Assembly: GCF_001194135.2 (NCBI RefSeq)
Contig: NC_068982.1
Location: 63,259,810-63,294,777, forward strand
Reading direction: 5' to 3'
Length of the DNA: 34,968 bases
Source of the DNA: Octopus bimaculoides
Taxonomy: Eukaryota
The position numbers were made by a program, and so were the translations under genes. Below are positions 12,589-24,576 of this stretch, in pieces. The notes beneath the pieces were generated by a model. The model ran no database searches. It was not told the origin of the DNA and saw only the letters and a program-made list of their open reading frames with translations. Within the stretch, counting starts at the first letter, position 1. Each line of letters begins with the position of its first letter.

Positions 12589-12736
12589 AGAGGCAGACAA
12601 ATAATGCAGTGGATGGACAATACCATGAGCTGGTTCAACAAGAGTGGCAAGGCAGATGGGGGAGTCGAGCTTAATCGGGAAGACATTCATTGTGGTGTCA
12701 ACAATGCACCGCGGGTCTACGATACATGACGACGAC
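12589..12736 (+). mobile_element. 3' terminus of an RTE-clade LINE
   Basis: Open frame RGRQIMQWMDNTMSWFNKSG...NREDIHCGVNNAPRVYDT* (cf. RGRP..RW.DNI..W...DR..W) followed by a TGACGACGAC short-repeat tail typical of RTE 3' ends. Confidence 0.65.
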
Positions 12737-12881
12737 AAAGTGGGACAGTAAAACTATGTACGACTTTTCTCAAGTTTAAAATGTGAACTTTTGTTATCTA
12801 CAATCCAATGATGGGGCTTTGCATCTTTCTTAGAAACCAGCTCATTCCCTAATGGAAGATTTCAAATGCTTTAAAGTAGAG

Positions 12882-13002
<121 letters not shown>

Positions 13003-13790
13003 TAGATGACAATAGTTTACCGAACATCTATAATTGACACTAAAAGCATGCAAGTATCTGAGAAAATTGTATGTATTTTAGAAAGCATGCATGTAAAATT
13101 CAGCATATGAGCCCATGATTTATATACATACATGTAGGGAATATAAGGACATGCACACATATACACATACTTATACACATACGCTCAAACACACACACAT
13201 ATACACAAGCACTGACGCATAAATGGATATACAAAGTGCACGCAGTGAAATATACACGCTGTTCATAATTAATGTCACCAGAAATTATATGTATTGAATT
13301 ATTCATAGATAGTCATCTATATAATCAATATTAACTAGCTTACAACTAACTTCCGATTAAAATAGCACTATATTGTGTTTATGAGACAGAATTTAAATAT
13401 TTTGCTGCGTTTTAATATTATGGCCAAGGCCTTGTTTGGTATTTGTACAAATGTTGGTCCGTGTTTTCACTCAAAATTTGTAGATTTATGTCTATGTTTG
13501 GAGTCATAATAATGCCTGAAGAATTATACATAGTGGTTACTAGAAAAGGAATAAAATTCCGAAATCGGAGAGTTAAAAAAACATATCCTATGCCATTCAT
13601 TGGCAATTTTCTAAAAACAAAAAGAAAAATAGTAATCAGTGGTAAGTTGGGAAATGTATGTATGTATTGTGCGAATATCTATCTGTCTGTCTCTCTATCT
13701 ATGTATCTATTAATCCATCAATCTATTCACTGATCTCTCTCTCACTATCTATCTATCTTCCATATATATGAATATATGTGCATATATATA

Positions 13791-14241
13791 NNNNNNNNNN
13801 NNNNNNNNNNNNNNNNNNNNNNNNNNNNNNNNNNNNNNNNNNNNNNNNNNNNNNNNNNNNNNNNNNNNNNNNNNNNNNNNNNNNNNNNNNNNNNNNNNNN
13901 NNNNNNNNNNNNNNNNNNNNNNNNNNNNNNNNNNNNNNNNNNNNNNNNNNNNNNNNNNNNNNNNNNNNNNNNNNNNNNNNNNNNNNNNNNNNNNNNNNNN
14001 NNNNNNNNNNNNNNNNNNNNNNNNNNNNNNNNNNNNNNNNNNNNNNNNNNNNNNNNNNNNNNNNNNNNNNNNNNNNNNNNNNNNNNNNNNNNNNNNNNNN
14101 NNNNNNNNNNNNNNNNNNNNNNNNNNNNNNNNNNNNNNNNNNNNNNNNNNNNNNNNNNNNNNNNNNNNNNNNNNNNNNNNNNNNNNNNNNNNNNNNNNNN
14201 NNNNNNNNNNNNNNNNNNNNNNNNNNNNNNNNNNNNNNNNN
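13791..14241. other. Assembly gap (451 N)
   Basis: N run flanked by (AT)n. Confidence 1.
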
Positions 14242-14533
14242 ATATATATATATATATATAGGAGGAGGAGTAGGGGCCGAAACCGGACGTGGTTCCTCCT
14301 GATGATGTCTTGAGCTAACTGGATCCTATAAAGGAGCTGTTGTGGTAGCAGACCACGAAACATGGTTTGGGAGTTCTATACTTTTGTGGAATGTGGGGCC
14401 ACCCCTTAACTATTATTGTTCTCAGGTGTATTCTGACCCAGAGGAGTAGTACCTATCATGTAAGGGGCAATGGTTTAATTAGCATGCCATAAAATTACCT
14501 CTGACAGAGGGTCACTCTATGTATGTACGCATG

Positions 14534-14574
<41 letters not shown>

Positions 14575-14895
14575 NNNNNNNNNNNNNNNNNNNNNNNNNN
14601 NNNNNNNNNNNNNNNNNNNNNNNNNNNNNNNNNNNNNNNNNNNNNNNNNNNNNNNNNNNNNNNNNNNNNNNNNNNNNNNNNNNNNNNNNNNNNNNNNNNN
14701 NNNNNNNNNNNNNNNNNNNNNNNNNNNNNNNNNNNNNNNNNNNNNNNNNNNNNNNNNNNNNNNNNNNNNNNNNNNNNNNNNNNNNNNNNNNNNNNNNNNN
14801 NNNNNNNNNNNNNNNNNNNNNNNNNNNNNNNNNNNNNNNNNNNNNNNNNNNNNNNNNNNNNNNNNNNNNNNNNNNNNNNNNNNNNNNNNNNNNNN
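14575..14895. other. Assembly gap (321 N)
   Basis: N run flanked by (GT)n and (AT)n. Confidence 1.
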
Positions 14896-16145
14896 ATATA
14901 TATATATATATATATGCACACACATACATACACACATAAGCATATATACATGCACACACATACACACACGTAGAAGGAGGAGGAAAGAGAGTGAGAGGAA
15001 GAAAGAAAGAAAAAAGAAACAAAGAAAGAAAAAAGAAACAAAGAGAGAGGGAGTGAGGGAGATTTGTTGACAATTAAATAGAACAGAAGGGTTATTGTCC
15101 GTAGAGACTAACCTTCGATAAAAAATTTGGTTTGCAGATGGCGTTACAATTCCATTAGCAAAGACAGCTAAGTGTTGTTATGTAGAACACTTCTGAGTTA
15201 ATTACAGCTCTTATGTTATATACAGAACATCAGAAAACCCTTCGCAGTCACGGTGTGTGTCGTCTAGTGGAATTGAAGGACTTCGTAATAGAGGAAACGA
15301 CAAAGCCGCAATGAATAAACGTCTAAAATGGCTAGAGGTGTGGCTATTAAGATAATTAAAATACATACAGACGTTTGAAGGTGTTTCTTGTAATTGAAGA
15401 GCTTAAAGTTATCGATTAGCCATCTCGAACACAAGTTCTGAGTCGTCTTTGAAATCACGGGGACACTTTTAACGAGATCATTAATGAGGAATAAATAATC
15501 TTAAAGAATATGATGAGGCAATATTTTTACAAATTAGGTGGAGGCTCCTGTGAACTTTTTCAATGATTCTGCTTGATTATAAGAAGTTTCATTTACATTA
15601 AATCGTAGAAATAGAGGTGGACACCTAATTATTAACTAATTATTGCTTTAGTTGCATATTTTCTTTCATTATTTCTCAAAAATACAAATAAAATGCGATA
15701 CTTTGAGCAGTTCATTGTGTTCCTTTACATACATCAAAGAATATAAATTTCCAATCAAGAAAATTCCTCGGAATTTCTTTCATATATTTTGACATGTATA
15801 TGATAAATATATAAAGTTAATTACTGACAGATCCTTGTTAGTTGATTTAATCTACAGTAAACTAATAATGAGTGGGTGTTGTGTGTGCGTGTGCACGTGT
15901 ACACCAGCCTCGCTTCTAAACAAATATATTCTTTATCCTTTTACAAGTTTCAATAATCGACTCCGACGATACCGAATTATTGCCTTCAAAATCTTGAGTG
16001 AATCGCATAGACTTCTGCACTAAAACTATTTCTAACTTGGTACTTTATAGATTTTTGCTTTCTAACTGCTATATTGCGAGAAATAAAAAAGATGACAACC
16101 ACAGAAATTTAAGCATACATAAAGGCATACACGCTTACACCCACT

Positions 16146-16176
<31 letters not shown>

Positions 16177-16309
16177 ACACACACACACACACATGTATAA
16201 TGACATTAAGCTCCATAAACTCCTCCATTCAGCAAAACCTAACACAGCAACGTATCCACTAACATGAGATCATAGCAGAAGACACCCCAGTCTATCTCTC
16301 TCACTCCCC

Positions 16310-16315
16310 CCTCTC

Positions 16316-16385
<70 letters not shown>
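16310..16385. repeat. (CT)n microsatellite
   Basis: Direct reading. Confidence 0.97.
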
Positions 16386-16388
<3 letters not shown>

Positions 16389-16611
16389 CTCTGCATATAT
16401 ATCTGCTCACTGCCTTCTTATAGAAAAGACGTATTTTTTCTGTCTCTTCTCTCATGCACGTCTATCTTAAGCGTTCATAATTTTTCTATCGTCTTGGCTT
16501 AACAGCCCTCACTGTTTGTTTTACTATCTTGTTCTCACTGCCCTGTTCTTACTGTTTTTTTATTGTGTTGTTCTTACTGTCCTGATATATCAAAACAATA
16601 GGGATGTCTAA

Positions 16612-16790
16612 GGCGGCGAGATGGCAGAAACGCCGTGCGAAATGCTTAGTTCAAATTCCGCCGAGGTCGACTTTGCCTTTCATCCTTCGGGGTTGATAAA
16701 TTAAGTACTAGTTGCGTACTGGAGTCGATCTAATCGACTGGACCCCTCCCACAAAATTTCGGGCCTTGTGCCTAGAGTAGAAAAGAATAA
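16612..16790 (+). mobile_element. Family A tRNA-derived SINE, copy 1 (two small deletions in the head)
   Basis: ggcggcgagatggcagaa (A-box-like)...agttcaaattcc (B-box-like)...gggccttgtgcctagagtagaaaagaat tail. Near-identical to 16900-17105. Confidence 0.9.
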
Positions 16791-16899
16791 TTGAGATGTC
16801 GCACGCAGACGAAATGCGCAAATATCTAACGGAACCAGATCTTTAAGACAGTGTCAACACACCTTTATACACAGACGTCATTATTAATATAAATCAAAA

Positions 16900-17105
16900 G
16901 GCGGCTTACTGGCAGAATCGTTAGCAGGCTGGGGGAAATGCTTAGCGGTATTTCCCCTGTCTTTATGTTCTGAGTTCAAATTCCGCCGAAGTCGACTTTG
17001 CCTTTCATCCTTTCGGGGTCGATAAATTAAGTACTGGGGTTGATCTAATCTACTGACCCCACCTCAAAAAAAAAATTTCGGGCCTTGTGCTTAGAGTAGA
17101 AAAAA
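16900..17105 (+). mobile_element. Family A SINE, copy 2
   Basis: ggcggcttactggcagaatcgttagc (A box)...gagttcaaattcc (B box)...gggccttgtgcttagagtagaaaa. Confidence 0.92.
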
Positions 17106-17295
17106 TCGTTAGCACGCTGGGGAAAATGCTTAGCGGCATTTTGTCCGTCATTACGCTCTGAGTTCAAATTCTACCGAAGTCAACTTTGCTTTTCAATCTT
17201 CCGGAGTCGATAAAATATGTATCAGTTGAGCAGAGGGATTTATGTATCCCCCTCTCCAAATTTTCCGGCCTTGTTCCTAAATAGAAAGAATTATT
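17104..17295 (+). mobile_element. Family A SINE, copy 3 (different subfamily, fused to the tail of copy 2)
   Basis: aatcgttagcacg...gagttcaaattct...cagttgagc...ggccttgttcctaaatagaaagaattatt. The 3' half differs from copies 1 and 2. Confidence 0.88.
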
Positions 17296-17992
17296 GATAT
17301 AAAGAAAGGATTATTAATATCATTGGCATCGTGCAAGAAAGTGTGATGATGTATACGGAGGAATATATGACTTCTGAATATCCTGAAGACTTCTATGTCG
17401 CATTCATGTAAAAGCATGCAAATCGTTAGATCACTACGTATGAGGTGTCGCAATGTCAAACTCCAGGTCACATTTGAAATGAAGATAATAAACTGACCAA
17501 TGCATAAATGAGAACAGGAAACGGATATGTTCTAATCTTTATTGATCTGTCTCCTGAAATTACAGCATCACCGAAGAATTGATTATCAGAAAATACTCCA
17601 TAACACTTTTTAATCAGCGGAGGTTTCAACGCGTGTCCACAAACGAAATACTGAATCTTGCAAATCTCATGTAAAATTTGCTAGAGTGATAAATATCAAA
17701 AGCTATCGAGTTAATATAAGATAGACAAAAGATTTTGGTGTTTATTTTTGTTTTTGCTGTTGTAGCTCCCATTTCTTGTTGATATGGTTGTGATTGCTGT
17801 TGAAATTATTATTTGTTCTTGTTGTTGTTGATCTTCTTCAGCTGTTCTTTTTCTTCTTTCCTTCTTTTTCATCTTTTTTCGATGGCCAGATAACTGAAGG
17901 GATGGTGGCGTGCATTTCCGCCCCGACATCCGAAACTCGAAGTTTTATCATACCTTCCGAATAATTGTCACATATTATTTACAGATATATAT

Positions 17993-18287
17993 NNNNNNNN
18001 NNNNNNNNNNNNNNNNNNNNNNNNNNNNNNNNNNNNNNNNNNNNNNNNNNNNNNNNNNNNNNNNNNNNNNNNNNNNNNNNNNNNNNNNNNNNNNNNNNNN
18101 NNNNNNNNNNNNNNNNNNNNNNNNNNNNNNNNNNNNNNNNNNNNNNNNNNNNNNNNNNNNNNNNNNNNNNNNNNNNNNNNNNNNNNNNNNNNNNNNNNNN
18201 NNNNNNNNNNNNNNNNNNNNNNNNNNNNNNNNNNNNNNNNNNNNNNNNNNNNNNNNNNNNNNNNNNNNNNNNNNNNNNNNNNNNNNN
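17993..18287. other. Assembly gap (295 N)
   Basis: N run. Confidence 1.
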
Positions 18288-19166
18288 AGTTTTTGTGATC
18301 TTTTTGCTGCTTTTTAATAAAGTATATATATGTATACATACATACGTACGTACATACATACATAAATACATACATACATGCATACATACACACACACACA
18401 CAAACGTAGACCTTAATGTCCCTTGTCGCCCGTACCTTAAATTGACATAGTGATCATCTCCTACCGATTATTTATTGTTCTCACCTTCTACTAAATTTAA
18501 TGACTGCTTATGAATTATTCTTCTAATTACGGATGTAATTTCAATAAATAATAATTTCGTCTCAGCACATCAAGATTAGTAGTCTGCATTTAACAATGCG
18601 CGCGTGCACACCTCTGTGTGTAGGGTACAGCTGCCAAATTTGATGTGTCGAGTTGAAAATAACTTTTGATTAATTGAAATTGTACCCGTAATGAGAAAAA
18701 TATTAATTAGCGTTCGTTAAGTTTAGTTATATTTAATTGATGTTCTATTAGGCAAAGACAGAGACAAGAAAGAGAAATGATCGGTAGCAATTGTATGTAA
18801 ATGCAAATACAGTAGAAAGTGATAAATGCTAGATTTCATATAATAAGTATCTTTTACATAATCTGCATAATTAAGTTTTCACTCTGACTTAGCTTTCATG
18901 TTTAAGAGGTACAATAAGTTCCGTATGCCAAACATCATGACCAACATATTATGACAATACTTTCACATATAAACATACAAACACGCAGACACACACGCAC
19001 GCACACGCAAACGCGCACGCATACACACACACACACACACTGACACTCAGATACACACACAAAGAACATTAATACTCATTTCATGGGAGATATTAATGTT
19101 AGTGACCGCAAGCTAAAACCGTAAACGTAAAATTAGTAGATATATATAAAAGAATTATATATAACA

Positions 19167-19329
19167 TGAGTGGCTGTGTGGTAAATAGCTTGCTTACCAA
19201 TTGCATGGTTCTGGGTTCAGTCCCACTGCGTGTCACCTTGGGCAAGTGTCTTCCACTATAGCTTCGGGCCGACCAAAGCCTTGTGAGTGGATTTGGTAGA
19301 CGGAAACTGAGAGAAGCCCGTCGTATATG

Positions 19330-19380
<51 letters not shown>

Positions 19381-19595
19381 GTGTGTGTATATTTCTTTGT
19401 GTCTGTGTTTGTCCCCCCAACATCGCTTGACAACCGATGCTGGTGTGTTTACGTCCCCGTAACCTAGCGGTTCGGCAAAAGAGACCGATAGAATAAGTAA
19501 TAGGCTTACAAAGAATAAGTCCTGGAGTTGATTTGCTCGTCTAAAGGCGGTGCTCTAGCATGGCCACAGTCAAATGACTGAAACAAGTATAAGAG
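19167..19595 (+). mobile_element. Family B tRNA-derived CORE-type SINE, near full length, with internal microsatellite and 7-bp TSD
   Basis: A box tggctgtgtggtaa (19171), B box gggttcagtccc (19213), CORE-like caccttgggcaagtgtctt (19235), internal (TA)n(TATG)n at about 19324-19390, tail aagtataagagtataa. TATAACA lies at 19160-19166 and 19596-19602. Confidence 0.92.
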
Positions 19596-20441
19596 TATAA
19601 CACGGACACTTTTTCTAATCACCAGCTTTGCTAAGAATAGGAAGCAAAACATTCCGAAGCCACAAAAATTAACTCTAGATTTTCACAGGCATGGCTGGAA
19701 ACACTAAGTGAAATAAAGATTGCGTCTTACATATGCAAAATTGCAAAGAGGAATGTCAGTTAACTTGATATCATGATTTCGAATTTAGCGCCAAAATATG
19801 TTTTTGATTCCCCTCAGCCAAGTCTACTAGTAACAAACTCATATATCACTTCAACCAATGCCTGTTTTCTTTTCAGTGCCCAAGCTGTACTTAGAAAAGT
19901 GAACTAAGCGAATACAATTTTTTTCTTAAATATATAAAGAACACTAATACACATGAGAGAAACAAATTATTTTTCATGTTTGTATATGTTATAAATTGCA
20001 TAGTCCAATTATACATTTTACAAGGTAATACAGATATTGAAAACTAGCTCATCAGATTTATAAAATATCATGGTTACATCGATTCTTCAACTCCAATATA
20101 CACATACAAAGAGCCATCTTCAAATATTAATTACAAGGACAATAACGAAATATATGCTTATAAATGAACAGTAATATTTAGAAATGCATATATACGCAAG
20201 CATCCATGCAGTTATGTAGTTAATCTTCCCTAGTTAAACAGGAAAAAAATCTTTAACAAGAAGAAAATTCCCATGCATAATTTCAAGCATGCCACGGATC
20301 AATGACTGTGTGATATGTCCTGAAATTGCAATAGATTTAGTGATTTATCAAACGTCGTTGTAGTCAGGAATGAAAACTTCAGCTGGTTTGCCCGGATGAT
20401 CTCTATTGCTTATGACTCAGGACACAAGACGTTTACACACA

Positions 20442-20501
20442 TCCATCCATCCATCCGTACATACATACATACATACATACATACATACATACATACATAC
20501 A
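20442..20501. repeat. (CATC)n-(CATA)n microsatellite
   Basis: Direct reading. Confidence 0.95.
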
Positions 20502-23500
20502 TTTGAGGCGGTTTTCCAAATCCAACCTTACAAGTGAATATTTGTAAGATATTCCAAAGATTCTCCATCTAAAATTCTTTAAGCGAACAGGTGCACACAT
20601 TTGGTTGTGTGCCTCGATATCTCAATCAGCTCCAATTCAACTACATATTTGCAAACACCGGGTACTGTCTTAACTCAAAATGTTTTGTCTCTTTGCCAGC
20701 GACCGGCTTGAACTCTTTTAAGAAGAACTTAAATAAAACTAAAAGAAAAAAAAAGCATACAAGCATACATGGTTTCTGATTCAGCATTATTCATAGTCTA
20801 GTGTTTTGTGAATCGAGACTGTTCGCTTCATAAGTGAGTAGTCAATCAAACTAATTATGTATGTGTCTTAGAAAACTTCACATTATGTTTCCACAAATAG
20901 TGAGTGTATTCAACATTTTGGTTACGTTTGAATTACAATGAACTAAGTTGTAATGAACTACCATCTTCATTTCAATAGCACAAGGCGACATTTTATAAAC
21001 ATTTGTTTAAACCAATTGTCTTGGACAAAGAATCTGCTTGGAATAAATTTTGCAGTTATTCAAATGAGCTATTTATTTTGTCTGATGAAATATCGGTTAT
21101 ATATGAAGATGGCTAATGCAAAACACTAGTATGACTTTTGCTTGTTGACCTCTCATTCCAATTTCAACTGTAGTTTTGCAAATTTTGAAGTCGCAAATCT
21201 TTTTTTTCAAAACGTTATGAACACCTCTTATTAATTATATTTGAAAATTTGAATTCTTTCGTATAGAGGAAAAACTAAATAATGTTACCTGAAGCTAAAA
21301 ATTCCTTTAATAAATATATTTTTCAGAACTATCTAAATTAAATGGATAATTAATAAATAAAAAAAAGCATGATCTTCGAAATAAGAGACATCATTAAAGA
21401 ATATAGTTTAAAATAATTCTTCGCTGAAATTTTCTGTGACATAGTTATTACATTCGCGTATTTCTTCTCTGTTTCTTCATATTGCAAATACTCACACACA
21501 TTATCACGTACACATACATTATGATGCTTGCATGATTGACTGTACACATACATGATTATATATGACGTATTGTACAGAACACATGATGCTAAGATCATTA
21601 AAACTACTGCTGTCGCCTATTACTTACCCTACATATTGAATAAAATTTTTATCGAAGTAATTGTATACTGAAATACACTTGACGTATTTCAGAGCACAAA
21701 TATATTTTTCAATATTCTATGAAAAAAATTACAACTGTATTAATATACAACTACTTACAATGGATCTTGAAGATTTTTCTTTGCCAATTAAAACAAATAT
21801 CGTATTATCAATACCACACACACATGCATACACGCACAAACACACACACACACACACACACACAGTTATAAACATATGTATATGTGTGTGTACACATATA
21901 CTTCAATATGTTTTTATTCAGTAACTTGTCTCAGACTTTGGGCTGCAGACAGGGTGGGGAACGATACTGACGCTTCTAGTCATTCATATGGACCCCAAAA
22001 TTTAGTTTATATTTGGATTCTACTGGACGTCTTTTCCCAAAATAATTACGTTATCAATATCTCTATTAGTAGTCAAACCATCTCGATCTTATGGAATAAA
22101 TTTTACATCGTATTTTTCTGAACATACGATCAGTTAAAACTAATATTTAATATGGGTAAACATTGTATATTCTAATACTACAATGAAAAGCAGTGAAAAA
22201 AAAAGACACTATTAAGATACATATGCGCGGATTCAATTATGAGAACTATAGAAGATTACATAAATAACCGTTCATTGAGATTAAATAAGATGAGTATCTC
22301 TAAAAGGATTGAAAACAGGTAGGAGGAGAACGATTTAGCAAGAAGGATAAATGTAGGAGAAAGATTGAGAAAGGTGTTTGGAGGGATGTAGGAGCCATGA
22401 AAATGGTTCTAAACAAATGGGCGAGTGGCAATGTTGCTCAATATGTACTGAATTATGAAATTATGTGTAAGGAATTATGTTGCAAGTATTTATTTGCAAC
22501 AGTTATTTAAGGTTCAGAAGCTTGACCCGTTAGGCCTAATAGTTTGAACCGATTACAGTAGGTCTTAATAAAATATCGCTTAGTGGAAGGCGTTTTCTAC
22601 GTGAATAAATTCACTTCGTGTAACCGGTTCTGCTCTTCAAATTGCCCCACTATAAATTATTGCTTTAAATATTATTCATGAATTTGTGTTTCTTATGAAG
22701 ACTGTTTTCTGGTATTTTAGTTTCACGTCAATTTTATCTTACATTATATTTATATGTCTTTCACATACTATAAATTTCTTCCTATCGATTGAGAATTCAT
22801 CGCAGATAGGCTTTTAGTATCTTTTATTTAATACTCTGAATTCATTTAAGTATGTCTGAAAAGTAATCTTTCGGAATCTGACAAGTTTCATATAAAGAAT
22901 TTAATTAATCTGAACTCTAAAGAAACCGTTTTCAAAGCAATCTAAATGTTCACAGCATGTCAGCAACCTACATTAGCTTAGAAGGTTGCATGGTGTATAT
23001 GAATCTTCACGTGTAAATGCGCGCACACACAAACAGATTACAAGATACACACTTGCTTACAAGCATATATGCATGTGTGTGTTTGTGCACGCGAATTTGT
23101 CTTTGTGTATGTGTGTGTTCCTGTATATTTATGTGCGTTTGTGTAAAAAGACAACAATAAGGAGATAAGAATTTTGTGATAAATAGCAATGCAAAGCTAG
23201 AATGAAAAATCAGAGGTGAACACCCTTTTCACTTTCATATTAGTAGAGAAATATAAATTCAAAAATTGCTTTAAAAAAGTTATGTCAAGAAGAATGTTAC
23301 ACAGACGAAAGGTCATTTCAAGTAGTTGGAAGTGATCTAAAATTTAAATGAACACAATCTCAATGCAAATAACTTTATATTCATAAAAGAAAGCAATATC
23401 TTGAGAATAAGAAATGTAATGTAAATTGTATTGACAAAGCAAAGAAATATAATTAGTTTTTTATTCTAGTGTTCTATCTATTTTCCATGGATGCGAATTA

Positions 23501-23575
23501 AGTTTAGAGACATTCAGAAAGATCGGCGCGAATGATGTGAATCATACCAGATTTGACATTGACTATTTTTTTTAG

Positions 23576-23625
23576 TAGACCGGCTTTCTAATGTGCCCTA
23601 CATATTTCAAACTACGTACACACCT
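23576..23625. repeat. Copy 1 of an exact 50-bp direct repeat (copy 2 at 25002-25051)
   Basis: tagaccggctttctaatgtgccctacatatttcaaactacgtacacacct, identical at both sites, 1,426 bp apart. Confidence 0.98.
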
Positions 23626-24507
23626 CACTAAAAGCGTTTCCTATCTTTGACTAAATTTGATTTATTCCATACGCTATGCTGTTGGTCACATCAGCAAGAC
23701 TATTTGACGATCCGGGATTGCCAACTTATTCATCTATATTTTCAGCTACTCGTTAGATTCACTGTGACTTCAGTTACTCAACGTCATTATACACATAGCT
23801 CAGTCCCTCCTGAAACAAGTATGTCCTTCGAGAGAAACTTCATTGAAAGCCACTAATCTGTACTAATGACTACTCATGCTGTATGTCGGTCTGGGACGCT
23901 GTAGGGATGACATTATTAATGTAGACAGTTGAAGATAAAAAGATTCATTTCTGCACCGTTGGCATCAACAGAGAATGAATGTGAGGGCTATAAATAGGTG
24001 TGACAGCTGAAATATCTGAGGACGATTGAGAGATGGATGTGCTTGATGCAGCAAGAGGCAGCGTCGAAGAGTAGTTCTTTTTCGAAGGCTTTCAAATTAC
24101 GCTTATTGATTCAGGTCTAATTGAATCAATGGAAAATATTGTTTGAGCCAGAGTTACTAGGAGTATTAATTTCTGATTTTTAGTTGAACGGTGTGTGACA
24201 TGAAGATAAGAATCTATACATAATTATACACAGCCTTTCTGATTAAAGTTTGAATATAGAGGTTTGCGGGACCAGTAACGAGAAATTAAGTGATGAAAGA
24301 TTGGTGTCTAGGAGCATAATTGAATGCATATTTTATGTAATATTAAAAGATTACGTGTGTATCAATGCTGTAACGATATTCACAGATATTAGGAAAGAAT
24401 ATCCAAATTTTCCATAGGGTGTCGTGCTTATTAAATTAGATATACACATATAATTACTTATACATACAAATTCCTTCTTATAAATAATAAGCGGTAATAA
24501 GCAAATG

Positions 24508-24545
<38 letters not shown>

Positions 24546-24576
24546 AGAGAGAGAGAAAGACAACAGCACATACAAC

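Noticed and set aside
14271-14375. Hammerhead ribozyme words: CGAAACCGGAC (14278), CTGATGA (14299-14305), hairpin GTGGT-AGCAG-ACCAC followed by GAAAC-ATG-GTT (14342-14367)
   Set aside because: The pieces are not in catalytic geometry: the intact CTGATGA is 36 nt upstream of the hairpin and stem I does not close. The region 14261-14520 is probably an unclassified repeat. An Infernal scan of its consensus would settle it.
16900-16990. tRNA gene (A and B boxes present)
   Set aside because: No cloverleaf or acceptor stem; it is the tRNA-derived head of a SINE. The same applies to 19170-19225.
17330-17430. Minus-strand YMNAT/EVFRI resembling a CYP K-helix ExxR
   Set aside because: It needs a frameshift, flanking residues do not match, and it is on the opposite strand to the 13488 candidate.
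18623-18687. 7-bp inverted repeat GGGTACA/TGTACCC; also an 8-bp stem at 206-226
   Set aside because: Too short to exceed chance in 35 kb.
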